Positions 1-9,905 are shown, counted from the stretch's first letter. The stretch is 64,000 nt of DNA from an uncultured Bacteroidales bacterium (GCA_964550205.1 CAZJYD010000003.1:2361-66360); one strand, 5' to 3'. Notes: generated by a model from the letters alone, not told the origin. Program-made: numbers and translations.

Positions 1-288
1 GGGTACACCGTCAACATTTATTCTAAACATCGATGCCTGACCATTTTTTATTGATATGTTAGAGATACGGATCCTTTTATCGTTGCGGTTGTATACGATT
101 AACTGTTTAGTGACCGATCCAACAGTAGTAAATACCGTATCGAAAGAAACCGAGTCGGTGGAAAAAGATAATTTTGCAGAAGGATCAGTTGTGATCTCAT
201 CATCTTTCCTGCAGGAAGAAAATAAAATAATTAATAGTGTGATTATTATTAATGAAGGTAAAATAGTTTTCCTTAATAGGTATATCAT
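1..288 (-). CDS. lipoprotein, N-terminal part (gene continues beyond the left edge)
   Basis: Truncated, so absent from the ORF track. A reverse-strand ATG at 286-288 gives MIYLLRKTILPSLIIITLLIILFSSCRKDDEITTD..., a signal peptide plus lipobox Cys, and stays open to position 1. The + strand ORF 56-298 is its antisense shadow. Confidence 0.5.
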   Translation of the reverse strand, partial: MIYLLRKTILPSLIIITLLIILFSSCRKDDEITTDPSAKLSFSTDSVSFDTVFTTVGSVTKQLIVYNRNDKRIRISNISIKNGQASMFRINVDGVP

Positions 289-355
289 GAATTTTTAATT
301 GGTTTTCAAAAGTAAACAAATCACCTTTGAATACGTTGTAATCGGGGATTTATTG

Positions 356-562
356 CTATTTTCTGATTAAATTAATCAGCAAAGTCAGGATAAGACTGAT
401 TATTATCATTGAAGTGATAGGAATGAATATCTTTCCACGGGTGGTTTCTATTCTTATGTCGCCGGGCAGTTTGCCAAACCAGTTCAAAATCCCCGGGGCA
501 AAATATAATATAATCCCGATAACTACTATTATTAATCCTATTATTATTAATAAACGTCCCAT
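356..562 (-). CDS. DUF2905-family small membrane protein
   Basis: 68 aa with two hydrophobic helices flanking GKLPGDIRIE, the motif I associate with DUF2905. Confidence 0.7.
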   Translation of the reverse strand: MGRLLIIIGLIIVVIGIILYFAPGILNWFGKLPGDIRIETTRGKIFIPITSMIIISLILTLLINLIRK

Positions 563-718
563 TGTTTTTTTATGAGGTGATTTGTATATTATATTTTAAT
601 AATAACAGTATAATGATAATGTTTAAAATACAATATACGATAGTTTTTCATAATAGCTTTTTTATTTTAGCAATAATAATATTGTATGATTTGTTGTTAT
701 TGTATTAAATTTATTAAT

Positions 719-1282
719 ATGATTAAAACCGGGATTTCCTTTATTTTTATTTTGATGTTTTCGGCTTTCTTATTAGCAGGACATGATGTTTCTTCACAGG
801 GGTATATGGAAGAAGAAGAAGAAGAAGAAGAAAAAGAAAAACTGGAGAACAGATTTATTATCGGTGGGGACTTCGGCTTGCAGTTTGGTACTATCACATT
901 AGTCAATGTATCCCCTATGTTCGGATACAGAATAACAAAGAATTTCATGACCGGATTGGGTTTTATGTATCAGTATTACAGTTGTAAGGATCATCCCTAT
1001 TATATGGATTACCAGACCAATATTTATGGCGGCAGTATTTTTGCCCGTTATTATATATGGAATGATCTGTTTGCTCATGCTGAATATCAGTTATTGAGTT
1101 ATGAACCGCCGGATAAGGATAAACCAGTTAATGTTAATTCATATTTAATAGGGGCAGGATACCGCCAATGGATTAGCAACAAATTCGCTGCAGTAATTAT
1201 GGTTTTATTTAATCTGAATGAAAATATGTATTCTCCTTATTCCAATCCAATTATCAGAATTGGTTTTCAGGGAGGCTTATAA
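719..1282 (+). CDS. hypothetical secreted protein, small outer-membrane beta-barrel-like
   Basis: Signal peptide MIKTGISFIFILMFSAFLLAG, an E8 acidic run, then Gly/aromatic-rich alternating beta-strand-like sequence ending RIGFQGGL. ATG 719 is preferred over the upstream ATG 686. Confidence 0.45.
   Translation: MIKTGISFIFILMFSAFLLAGHDVSSQGYMEEEEEEEEKEKLENRFIIGGDFGLQFGTITLVNVSPMFGYRITKNFMTGLGFMYQYYSCKDHPYYMDYQTNIYGGSIFARYYIWNDLFAHAEYQLLSYEPPDKDKPVNVNSYLIGAGYRQWISNKFAAVIMVLFNLNENMYSPYSNPIIRIGFQGGL
809..832 (+). repeat. (GAA)8 trinucleotide microsatellite inside the CDS
   Basis: Eight perfect GAA codons followed by AAA GAA AAA; encodes EEEEEEEEKEK. Confidence 0.9.
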
Positions 1283-1300
1283 AATGTTGAGCAAATAAAT

Positions 1301-2761
1301 TTATTTCTCAGGAATTTTCTTTAGCACATCCAGAGTGAGATCCCAAAATTTTTGAACGGTTTCTATTTCCAGTCTTTCATCGGGTGAATGGGCTCCTTTT
1401 ATAGTGGGTCCGTATGATATCATATCCATTCCCGGGTATTTATCGTCTATCAATCCGCATTCGAGGCCGGCGTGAACAGCAAGTACTTTGGGTTCCTGTT
1501 CGAAGAGCTTTCTATAGGAATCGGCTGTTATTTCAACGATTTTTGAATTGGGATCGGGAGTCCATCCGGGATATCCACCTGATTGCTTGATTTTAGCTCC
1601 TGCCAACTCAAAGGTAGCGCTGACCATGTCGCAAACATCTTTTTTTGCTGATTCAACTGAGCTGCGCTGGCTGGTAGTGATCTCAATTTCGTTTTCTGAT
1701 GTTTTTACAGAGGCAAGGTTAGTGGATGTTTCTACAAAGTTTGGTATTTCGGCCGACCAGGCTATTACACCATGCGGACAGGCATATATGGTGTTAAGCA
1801 GATTATCTTGTGTGGTTTTATTGATTAAAAATACTGGTTGCGAGGTTTCCGATACCTGGGCTTTGAGTTTCGGTTCATTGATTTTATATTCTTCCCTGAC
1901 TATTTTATCGAATTCTTTTACATAATCAATTAATTTTTGTTTGTTCTTTTCGGGCACAGTAACTATAGCAGATGCTTCCCTGGCAATTGCATTTCGTAAT
2001 TTACCCCCGTCATATTTGGATATACTTAGATCCAAATTCCTGGCTGCATTCCAGAGCATTCGGTTAAGGATCTTATTAGCGTTTCCTCTTCCTTTCTGAA
2101 TGTCGTCTCCTGAATGTCCTCCCTGCAATCCCAGAACACTGATAACGAATGCAGAATGATCTTTAGGAACTTTTTCTTTTGAATAGGATATGTTGATAAC
2201 AGTGTCAATACCACCGGCGCATCCAATGAAGAGTTCACCCTCGTCTTCGGAATCAAGATTCAGGAGTATCTTGCTTTTAAGAAACCCGGTTTCTAAACCA
2301 AAAGCACCTGTAAGCCCCGACTCTTCATCTATTGTGAATAAACATTCAATAGGTCCGTGTTGTATATTATCAGATTCGAGGATGGCCAATTGTGCCGAAA
2401 CTCCAATACCGTCATCAGCTCCAAGGGTTGTTCCTTTAGCTTTTACCCATTTACCGTCGATATATGCCTTTATGGCGTCGTTATAAAAATCAAACTTAAC
2501 ATCTGAATTTTTTTCACAAACCATATCAATATGACTCTGGAGGCAGACCATTTTACGATTTTCCATTCCTTTTGAGGCAGGTTTCCTGATCAATATATTT
2601 CCTGTTTTGTCCTTTAATGTTTCAAGATTATGTTTTTCACCAAAATCACAGATATACCTGGCAATTTTTTCTTCATGTTTTGATGGTCTTGGAATTTTTA
2701 GTATTTCAGTAAAATAATACCAAATTCGCTCCGGCTTTAATTTTAGCAGCTTTTCATTCAT
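1301..2761 (-). CDS. pepD: aminoacyl-histidine dipeptidase (Xaa-His dipeptidase, peptidase M20 family)
   Basis: 486 aa with QSHIDMV, TLGADDGIG and FTIDEESGLTGA metal and catalytic motifs. Length and layout are typical of PepD. Confidence 0.9.
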   Translation of the reverse strand: MNEKLLKLKPERIWYYFTEILKIPRPSKHEEKIARYICDFGEKHNLETLKDKTGNILIRKPASKGMENRKMVCLQSHIDMVCEKNSDVKFDFYNDAIKAYIDGKWVKAKGTTLGADDGIGVSAQLAILESDNIQHGPIECLFTIDEESGLTGAFGLETGFLKSKILLNLDSEDEGELFIGCAGGIDTVINISYSKEKVPKDHSAFVISVLGLQGGHSGDDIQKGRGNANKILNRMLWNAARNLDLSISKYDGGKLRNAIAREASAIVTVPEKNKQKLIDYVKEFDKIVREEYKINEPKLKAQVSETSQPVFLINKTTQDNLLNTIYACPHGVIAWSAEIPNFVETSTNLASVKTSENEIEITTSQRSSVESAKKDVCDMVSATFELAGAKIKQSGGYPGWTPDPNSKIVEITADSYRKLFEQEPKVLAVHAGLECGLIDDKYPGMDMISYGPTIKGAHSPDERLEIETVQKFWDLTLDVLKKIPEK

Positions 2762-2818
2762 GATTGTTTTTTTTGATATTTTGCTGCAAAATTAAATTTT
2801 TTAGGGCAGGTCATTAAG

Positions 2819-5794
2819 CTAAGCTAAAAATTGTTTTGCTTTATTAAGTATTTGTAAACGTGTAATCGGTTTTACAATATAATCATCACAACCTGCTTTA
2901 AAAGCTTCTTCTTTATCGTACATTGATGAATACGATGTTATTGCAATAATGGCAATATTATTTCTTATTTTCTTGATCTTTTTAGCAGCTTGAAAACCAC
3001 TGATATCAGGTAGCTTTATATCAAGAATAACGAGGTCGATATCTTTGTATTTCTTAACAATATCGATGGCTGTTTCTCCTGTTGTAGCATGTAATATTTT
3101 TACACCTGTTGGTTTTAAATATTTTTGGAAAATATAAAAATCAGCATAATTATCTTCGGTTATTAATATTTTTTTTGAAGATAATGTTGTTTTTTCAGGT
3201 TTAGGACGATCAGTTATTCTTTCATCCTGTTTTATCTCCTCAGGCTTATAGGGTATTGTGAAATAAAAGATGGAACCTTTGTTGTTCGTCGATTCAACCC
3301 ATATTTTACCTCCCAATGCTTCTACAAGGTTCTTTGATATTGAGAGGCCAAGTCCGCTACCTCCGTATTTACGTGTATCTGTTTCCTCTATTTGCCTGAA
3401 TTGATCGAAAATAATTTCCTGCTTGTCTTTTGGTATTCCAATGCCTGTATCCTTAACGTAGAATAAAAGATCTTTTCCATTTTGAAGTTTATAACCAAAC
3501 TCTATTTCACCTTTATAAGTGAACTTTACTGCGTTGTTCAGAAGATTCGACAGAATATGCTTAACCCTTATGGGATCTGTTTTAACGGAAGCTTTGTTAT
3601 TATCGAGCTTTTTGCTGACCTTAATTTTTAGTTCATTCTTATCTTTACTTTTTTCAAGAATCTTTGTGAAATCTTCGTATAGCTCATCACAGATAGTATT
3701 AATATTAGACGGTTGAATTTTGATCTTTATTTTACCTGTTGAAATTAGGGAAGCGTCAAGTATATCATTTATTATGTTTAACAGGTTGAGCCCACTTTCA
3801 TAGATCATTCTCAGATATTCCTTATTCTGGTCTTTTATTTCATCATCATCATGAAGTAATTCTGCAAAACCAAGAATACTGTTAAGCGGGGTTCTTAGCT
3901 CATGTTGCATGGTCGACAGAAAAGTTGATTTCAACTTGTCTGATTCCTGAGCTTTCTGCAAGGCATTTTTTAATTGCTGTTCTGCGAGTTTTCTGTTTGT
4001 TATATCTTCTACAATACCTTCATAGTATAATTCATTACCCTGAGCGTCGGTAACAAGACGTGATGACTCGGAAACAATTATTTTATTGCCATCTTTGGTG
4101 GTCCAAATGGATTCAAGCGATTTAACTTCCCCCTTCCTTCCTATCTCAGCTTTAAATTCTTTTCGGGTCATCCTGTCACTTTGTGTTTCTTCTTCCAGGT
4201 TAAGTCTGTAAAGTTCGTCAACTGATTTATATCCTAACATTTTGGCTACTGCACGATTGGCAAATAATATTTTACCTTCAGGTGTGGTACGGTATACACC
4301 CAAAGGAACTTGTTCAACCAGATTAGAGAATTGTTTTTCTTTGTCCTTAAGTTCTTCCGATTGTTTATTGTACTGGCCTTTTAGATCTATATTAAGTAAT
4401 TTATATTGCCTGGAAAGTTTTTTATTTGTCCGGAATCGATAATAAAATAAAACAAATATAACAACCACAAGAATAATAAGGGTCAATAGTATGATTAACT
4501 GCTGTTGTTTTTTTTCAAGTTTTAATTGTTGAATTTCAATTTTGTTCTGATTTTGTTGAAGTTCATATTGTGCCTTTATCTCACTTAGCTCCTTGGCTTT
4601 GCTCTCTTTTTCGAGAGAGTCATTTGTTTGGTTATATTTTATATAGTAATTAAGTGCGTTGTAGAAATCTCTTTGTTTCTCAAACAATTGATAAAGTCTG
4701 TAATAACAATTGGCAATGTATTGTTTGCTTTTTGTTTTTCTTAACATTTTCATACCGGTTTTATAATATTTGAAGGCGCTGTCATATTTATCCATATAAA
4801 AATAATTAACGCCTATATTAACGTATGAACTGCCGGTAAACATTATACAACCACATTCTTTTCTTGCCTTTAAAGCTTTATAATTATAATCCAGCGATTT
4901 TTTAAGTTCTCCCATAAGTTGATATACATGGCTAATCCTTGTTAAAATAGTCCCCCTGATACGATTATAATTGTTTTCTATAGATATTTGAAGTGCTGTT
5001 TTATAATTATCCAGAGCGGATTGCAGGTCCTGAATTTTAATATAATAATCGCCTAAATCTATTCTTGTATTTACCATGCCTTTCTTTTTTTCATAAAAAG
5101 AAAAGAAATATAATGCCTGCTTAAAGTAATGCAGTGCTTCCAGATATGATCCTTCTTTTATTAACAGGTTCCCTGTCAGTTCATAATTGTATGATAGCAG
5201 CTCATGGTGATCTGATTCTTCGGCAATCTTACGGGCATTTTTAAGATACTCATGCGCATTTTCATAATCCCGGATCAAAGTGTATAAACTACCAATATAG
5301 TTTTGTGTATAAATAATACCATATGTATAGTCGCGTTTTTTGCTAATATTCAATGCATCGAAAAGTATCTTTAATGCTTGTTGATATTTATTTGCATTAG
5401 CATACGTATTGGAAAGTTTAACCATGGTAATCACCCTGGCTTTAAAATCTTTTAAGCTGTCAAATAAAACCAGACTGCTGTCGTAATAGGCAATTGATTT
5501 ATCATAATATCCGGAATAATAAGTGTTTAAGGCATAGTTTCTATATGCTATTGCTAATTCCTTTTTATTATTGAATGAATTTGCCAGTTGAATAGCTTTC
5601 TTGCTATATTTCAAAGCAGAATCAATAGAAATATGTGAATATTCTTCAGCCAACTGATTTATTATTTTCACCTTTTCAGTTTTATCAGTGCCCGGTAATA
5701 ATGATTTCAGACTATCAGTTTTTTTTGTTTGGGCGGTAAGCGTAGTTATGCTGAAAATAATAATTGGTATAAGAATACTATTAATGATTTTCAT
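2819..5794 (-). CDS. hybrid sensor histidine kinase / response regulator with N-terminal TPR array
   Basis: Signal peptide, about 400 aa of TPR-like repeats, one TM helix, coiled coil and a PAS domain. H-box MQHELRTPLN, HATPase (GSGLGLSI) and a C-terminal receiver (LDIKLPD...VKP). Confidence 0.9.
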   Translation of the reverse strand: MKIINSILIPIIIFSITTLTAQTKKTDSLKSLLPGTDKTEKVKIINQLAEEYSHISIDSALKYSKKAIQLANSFNNKKELAIAYRNYALNTYYSGYYDKSIAYYDSSLVLFDSLKDFKARVITMVKLSNTYANANKYQQALKILFDALNISKKRDYTYGIIYTQNYIGSLYTLIRDYENAHEYLKNARKIAEESDHHELLSYNYELTGNLLIKEGSYLEALHYFKQALYFFSFYEKKKGMVNTRIDLGDYYIKIQDLQSALDNYKTALQISIENNYNRIRGTILTRISHVYQLMGELKKSLDYNYKALKARKECGCIMFTGSSYVNIGVNYFYMDKYDSAFKYYKTGMKMLRKTKSKQYIANCYYRLYQLFEKQRDFYNALNYYIKYNQTNDSLEKESKAKELSEIKAQYELQQNQNKIEIQQLKLEKKQQQLIILLTLIILVVVIFVLFYYRFRTNKKLSRQYKLLNIDLKGQYNKQSEELKDKEKQFSNLVEQVPLGVYRTTPEGKILFANRAVAKMLGYKSVDELYRLNLEEETQSDRMTRKEFKAEIGRKGEVKSLESIWTTKDGNKIIVSESSRLVTDAQGNELYYEGIVEDITNRKLAEQQLKNALQKAQESDKLKSTFLSTMQHELRTPLNSILGFAELLHDDDEIKDQNKEYLRMIYESGLNLLNIINDILDASLISTGKIKIKIQPSNINTICDELYEDFTKILEKSKDKNELKIKVSKKLDNNKASVKTDPIRVKHILSNLLNNAVKFTYKGEIEFGYKLQNGKDLLFYVKDTGIGIPKDKQEIIFDQFRQIEETDTRKYGGSGLGLSISKNLVEALGGKIWVESTNNKGSIFYFTIPYKPEEIKQDERITDRPKPEKTTLSSKKILITEDNYADFYIFQKYLKPTGVKILHATTGETAIDIVKKYKDIDLVILDIKLPDISGFQAAKKIKKIRNNIAIIAITSYSSMYDKEEAFKAGCDDYIVKPITRLQILNKAKQFLA

Positions 5795-5877
5795 TAGAAA
5801 GATATTTATTAAAAAGAATAAATCAGAGAAATACTAATTCAAATATAAACAAATCTATATTAAAATGACATAATAAT

Positions 5878-6696
5878 TCAAAATTCAATTGCCCTGCGAT
5901 CTTTTGATCCTCTTATAGCTAATATCTCTGAAGCAATTTCCTCGATAGGTTTACTGGTTACTTTTATTGTTGACCATTTGGGTTGCATATTATATATTTT
6001 GTGGGCAAAGATCAACTCACGTCTCACATAATCAAAGTCTGCATAGCTACCGGTTTTATTTCCGAGTACTTCTTCTCTATACTGACGAAGTGTGGAAAGA
6101 TGATGCGCATTCGTTGTTAAACAAAAGACATACTCAGGGGGTATTTCAAATAATGAAACAGGTGGTTGAACATCCAGTACAATAGGAATATTGGCAACAA
6201 ACCAACCTTTAAATGCAAGATAAATACTTAGAGGAGTTTTAAAGGTTCTTGAGACACCTACTAAAACAATCTCCGCTTTTTTTAATTCGTGATCGCGCAT
6301 TCCGTCATCATGTTGAAAAGCGAATTGCATAGCATCAATGCGTTGAAAATATTCTTTATTTAAATGGCGGAATATGCCTGGTTTTCCTGAAGGGAGGTTG
6401 GCAAAAATATTTGATAACCTGGAAAGTAAAGGCCCCATCAAATCAATTGTTTCAACATTGTTTTTTCTTCCTTCCCTTATCATTGAATGCCTTATATCGT
6501 CTTGCACAAGTGTATGACAAATAGTGCCTTTTATTTGTGCTGCTTCTTTAACAACTAATTTTACCTGATCTGTATTTCGTACGTTTTGCCTCAGATGAAA
6601 TCTTGTGCTGACATCAGGAAATTGCACCAATGCAGCATTTAGTGCCTGTTGTGCGGTTCTGCCGGTGCCGTCCGATACTATGTAAATCTCATGCAT
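5878..6696 (-). CDS. pyruvate,phosphate dikinase / PEP synthase regulatory protein (kinase/pyrophosphorylase, DUF299)
   Basis: 272 aa with N-terminal IYIVSDGTGRTA and P-loop-like VGVSRTFKTP, the layout of PpsR/PDRP proteins. Confidence 0.85.
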   Translation of the reverse strand: MHEIYIVSDGTGRTAQQALNAALVQFPDVSTRFHLRQNVRNTDQVKLVVKEAAQIKGTICHTLVQDDIRHSMIREGRKNNVETIDLMGPLLSRLSNIFANLPSGKPGIFRHLNKEYFQRIDAMQFAFQHDDGMRDHELKKAEIVLVGVSRTFKTPLSIYLAFKGWFVANIPIVLDVQPPVSLFEIPPEYVFCLTTNAHHLSTLRQYREEVLGNKTGSYADFDYVRRELIFAHKIYNMQPKWSTIKVTSKPIEEIASEILAIRGSKDRRAIEF

Positions 6697-6731
6697 AAAA
6701 AGTATTATAGATAAAAATATCTGATTATATA

Positions 6732-7385
6732 CTATTGTAGAGTTTTTAGTTTCTTAATAGTTTCTGAAGGATTATCTGAACCAAAAACCGTATTGCCGGC
6801 AACCAAGACATTTGCACCAGCTTTAATAAGTTTTTTTGAATTATCTTCGGTTACACCTCCATCCACTTCTATCATGCATTTTGAATTGTTTTCAATAATG
6901 AGATTTTTTAACCGGCGGATCTTTTTATATGTTGTTTCAATAAACTTTTGACCACCATATCCCGGATTTACTGACATTATCAAAACAATATCTGTCATGG
7001 ATATAATATTTTCCAGCAAGTTAACCGAAGTATGCGGATTAATGACAACACCGGCTTTTACATCAAGGGATTTTATTTTTTGTAGAGTACGGTGAAGATG
7101 AGCACATGCCTCATAATGTACAGAAATAATATCAGCTCCGGTTTCAGCGAATTTTTCAAGATAGCGGTCGGGTTCGGTTATCATCAGGTGGACATCAAGT
7201 GGTTTTTTGGCATATTTCTTAATGTACTTTAATACAGGAAAACCGAATGAAATATTAGGAACAAATACACCGTCCATTACATCGATATGGAACCAGTCTG
7301 CCTGACTGTTGTTAACCATTTCAATATCATCACGGAGTCTTGAAAAATCTGCTGATAAAAGCGAAGGTGCTACCAAATGATCCAT
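6732..7385 (-). CDS. rpe: ribulose-phosphate 3-epimerase
   Basis: SLLSADF, HIDVMDG, MSVNPGYGGQKF and VDGG motifs. ATG at 7385 (MDHLVAPS) is preferred over the TTG at 7406. Confidence 0.9.
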   Translation of the reverse strand: MDHLVAPSLLSADFSRLRDDIEMVNNSQADWFHIDVMDGVFVPNISFGFPVLKYIKKYAKKPLDVHLMITEPDRYLEKFAETGADIISVHYEACAHLHRTLQKIKSLDVKAGVVINPHTSVNLLENIISMTDIVLIMSVNPGYGGQKFIETTYKKIRRLKNLIIENNSKCMIEVDGGVTEDNSKKLIKAGANVLVAGNTVFGSDNPSETIKKLKTLQ

Positions 7386-7455
7386 ATTAAATTGTTTTAG
7401 GATCAAAAATATAAAAAGTATCTTAAAAATACTATAACGATAATAAATATAAGTA

Positions 7456-7692
7456 TCAGGCCTTTATGTTCTTTAATTCCAGACTTTGATCGTATTCAGG
7501 ATCATAGTTATCAGGATCAATACCATTTTCAAGTATTTTATATCCTTTTGAATTTCTTCCTGTTTTTACAATATTTTTTCCTTCACAAGCACTAATACCC
7601 GTCCATTTGCAGTTCTGACAATGCTGTGTGCCGTTTATCTGTATTCCCCAGCATTCGTCCGTTGAAAGGTATGATGTGTTTATTTTACGCAT
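7456..7692 (-). CDS. hypothetical small Cys-containing protein
   Basis: 78-aa ORF upstream of rpe on the same strand, with four Cys (ECWG...HCQNC...AC) and an acidic C-terminus. I recognise no family. Confidence 0.4.
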   Translation of the reverse strand: MRKINTSYLSTDECWGIQINGTQHCQNCKWTGISACEGKNIVKTGRNSKGYKILENGIDPDNYDPEYDQSLELKNIKA

Positions 7693-7820
7693 GATTATTT
7701 AATTTTTTGCAAAAATAATTAAATTAGCAAACTATAGAAAGCTTGTAAGATTAATATATAAATGAATTGAATTTGTTTTGTATGTTAAGGTATTATTGGT
7801 TAATAAAAAACTAACTATAT

Positions 7821-8654
7821 ATGTCAAAAAGAGTTTTTATTGTAACGGGAGCATATGGCGCAATAGGTCTGTCTATTGCAAGAATAATTGCTGAGAAAGA
7901 TCATAAAGTTATATTAATTGGAAGAAATGAAGAAAAACTGAAAAAGGTAAAGGAGGATAATATTAACAGAACCGGCAACAGTGAAATAGATTATTTTGTA
8001 GTAGATCTTTCAAGACCTTCATCGATCAAGAAATTAGCTGAAAATTGGAAAGGCCCATTACATGTGCTGGTAAATAATGCTTCAGCCACTCCCCGTGAAA
8101 GGCAGGAAACACCTGACGGAATAGAGGTACAATGGGCAACAAATGTTTTGGGTTATTTTTGCATGATGCACTATATGCACAAATATATGCATGATGTTGA
8201 TGATGCAAGAATTGTAAATGTTGCCAGTTACTGGGCAGGCGATCTTGACCTTGAAGATCCTGAATTTAAAAAAAGGTATTATGACAATGATATAGCCTAC
8301 AGGCAGACAAAGCAAGCAGACCGGATGTTAACTGCAGCTTTTGCAGAAAAACTTAAGTCAACGGGGATCACTGTCAATGCTGCACACCCGGGAGATGTAA
8401 AATCCAAGCTCAGCGGTAATCTTGGATATGGAGGCCATGAATCTCCCGATCAGGGTGCAGCAACACCGGCATGGCTGGCGCTTTCTCCCGATTTGAAAAA
8501 CATTACTGGAAAATATTTCGAACATAAACAGGAAGTTGAATGCAGGTTCTCACGAGACAAATATGAAGTTCATCGGCTTTATGATTTGTGTATGAAGTAT
8601 ATAAGTGATTCAAAAGAAATCATATTTGTTTTGAATAAAAAAATAAAAAAATGA
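7821..8654 (+). CDS. SDR-family oxidoreductase
   Basis: TGAYGAIG (TGxxxGxG), NNAS and YRQTK (YxxxK) motifs. Confidence 0.85.
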   Translation: MSKRVFIVTGAYGAIGLSIARIIAEKDHKVILIGRNEEKLKKVKEDNINRTGNSEIDYFVVDLSRPSSIKKLAENWKGPLHVLVNNASATPRERQETPDGIEVQWATNVLGYFCMMHYMHKYMHDVDDARIVNVASYWAGDLDLEDPEFKKRYYDNDIAYRQTKQADRMLTAAFAEKLKSTGITVNAAHPGDVKSKLSGNLGYGGHESPDQGAATPAWLALSPDLKNITGKYFEHKQEVECRFSRDKYEVHRLYDLCMKYISDSKEIIFVLNKKIKK

Positions 8655-9292
8655 AAAAATTCTTATCTGCTATTAAAAATGCTATTTTGGTATTAATAGT
8701 AATTATTGCCATATTTTCATGTGATGTTTTGCAGCAGGCATCTGAATTGCACACATTTACAAAATGCAAATTCCGTCTAAAAAGTGTTGATGATATTACA
8801 CTTGCAGGAATTAATATTCAGGATAAGGAAAGTTTTTCTGATTTAACTTTATCTGATGCAGCAAAGGTTACGCAAACATTGCTTGGCGGAAGCCTGCCTT
8901 TATCATTTACATTGAACATAGAAGGTAAAAATCCGAATAATAAAAAAGCTGCTTTAAATAAGTTGGACTGGATATTATTTATTGATGATATTGAAATGAC
9001 AAGCGGAACTAATAGTGAACGGGTTGAGATACCTGCAAATAACGGAACCGGAATATTACCTTTATTTATTAATATCGACCTAAAGAAAGTCCTTTCAAAA
9101 GAAACCCAGAGCTCATTACTGAATTTCGGATTTAATCTTGCCGGAGGCGGAGGCAAACCAACCAGAATTATGGTAAAGGCCAAACCAACTGTTTATATTA
9201 CAGGTCAGCCGATTAAATACCCCGGTTATATAAAGATACGGGAGGAGTTTTCTTCAGATAATAACAAAAGCACAAATGAGATCAAATTGTAA
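8651..9292 (+). CDS. hypothetical lipoprotein (possibly LEA_2-like fold)
   Basis: Signal peptide with lipobox IFSC. Start overlaps the SDR stop (ATGA), suggesting translational coupling. The family call is weak. Confidence 0.55.
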   Translation: MKKFLSAIKNAILVLIVIIAIFSCDVLQQASELHTFTKCKFRLKSVDDITLAGINIQDKESFSDLTLSDAAKVTQTLLGGSLPLSFTLNIEGKNPNNKKAALNKLDWILFIDDIEMTSGTNSERVEIPANNGTGILPLFINIDLKKVLSKETQSSLLNFGFNLAGGGGKPTRIMVKAKPTVYITGQPIKYPGYIKIREEFSSDNNKSTNEIKL

Positions 9293-9381
9293 CTAAAACC
9301 TCTTTTTACCAGATTAAGAACTACCAACTGTTTTGTTAAACTACAAAATTTGATACTCTGCTCTGAAATCAATATAACATT

Positions 9382-9753
9382 TTATAGTTTTTCTACAATC
9401 CAATTACTATTAATCCATAATTTAATCACTTCAACATTTGGAAATTTAGAATGTAAAACCTTCTCGCACTTATCAATCTGTTGAATATGTATATCTTTCG
9501 AAACAGGATTGCCGGCACAATCATAATGTCCGGAAATAAAAATAATTTCTGATCCGTGTTTATTTACAGAAATTGAAATTCGATTTTCTATGGATTCCAT
9601 TAACACGGCATCTGAATTTTCTGCTATAATTTTGCAAGGTCCTGGTTCAGTAATTGCATCAACATATTTAATATTATATTGTTTTTTTATAAAATTGATT
9701 AGAGGCTCCTGTATTCTGCCATCCATGCAGTGTATTGATGTTCCGAATTCCAT
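9382..9753 (-). CDS. small protein with beta-carbonic-anhydrase-like Cys-x-Asp-x-Arg / His-x-x-Cys pattern
   Basis: 123 aa with HCMDGR (C9, D11, R13) and GHYDCAG (H76, C79). See findings. Confidence 0.55.
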   Translation of the reverse strand: MEFGTSIHCMDGRIQEPLINFIKKQYNIKYVDAITEPGPCKIIAENSDAVLMESIENRISISVNKHGSEIIFISGHYDCAGNPVSKDIHIQQIDKCEKVLHSKFPNVEVIKLWINSNWIVEKL

Positions 9754-9871
9754 AATATTTGATTGGGTTTTTACTTATTTACATTTGACTAAGACAGCAA
9801 AGGTACTATTAGTGAAAATTTCGGCAACATTACATAATTATTTTTAATCATTCTAATTTATGGTTTTTTAA

Positions 9872-9879
9872 TACCTTTG
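9872..9879 (+). promoter_or_regulatory. Bacteroidota-type -7 promoter box (TACCTTTG)
   Basis: Matches TAnnTTTG, 27 nt upstream of the tRNA nucleotidyltransferase start. Confidence 0.35.
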
Positions 9880-9905
9880 CATCAAACGATAAATGAATTA
9901 AGCAA

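Noticed and set aside
56-298. 80-aa + strand ORF at the left edge
   Set aside because: The opposite strand gives a far more convincing lipoprotein N-terminus (signal peptide plus lipobox) open to the window edge, so the + ORF is an antisense shadow.
697-948. 83-aa minus-strand ORF with a poly-Ser run
   Set aside because: It is the antisense reading of the (GAA)8 tract inside the better-supported + strand secreted protein, so it is a low-complexity artefact.
1548-2486. Several 76-125-aa ORFs inside and antisense to pepD
   Set aside because: They are fully embedded in a strongly supported M20 dipeptidase gene and have no motifs or start context.
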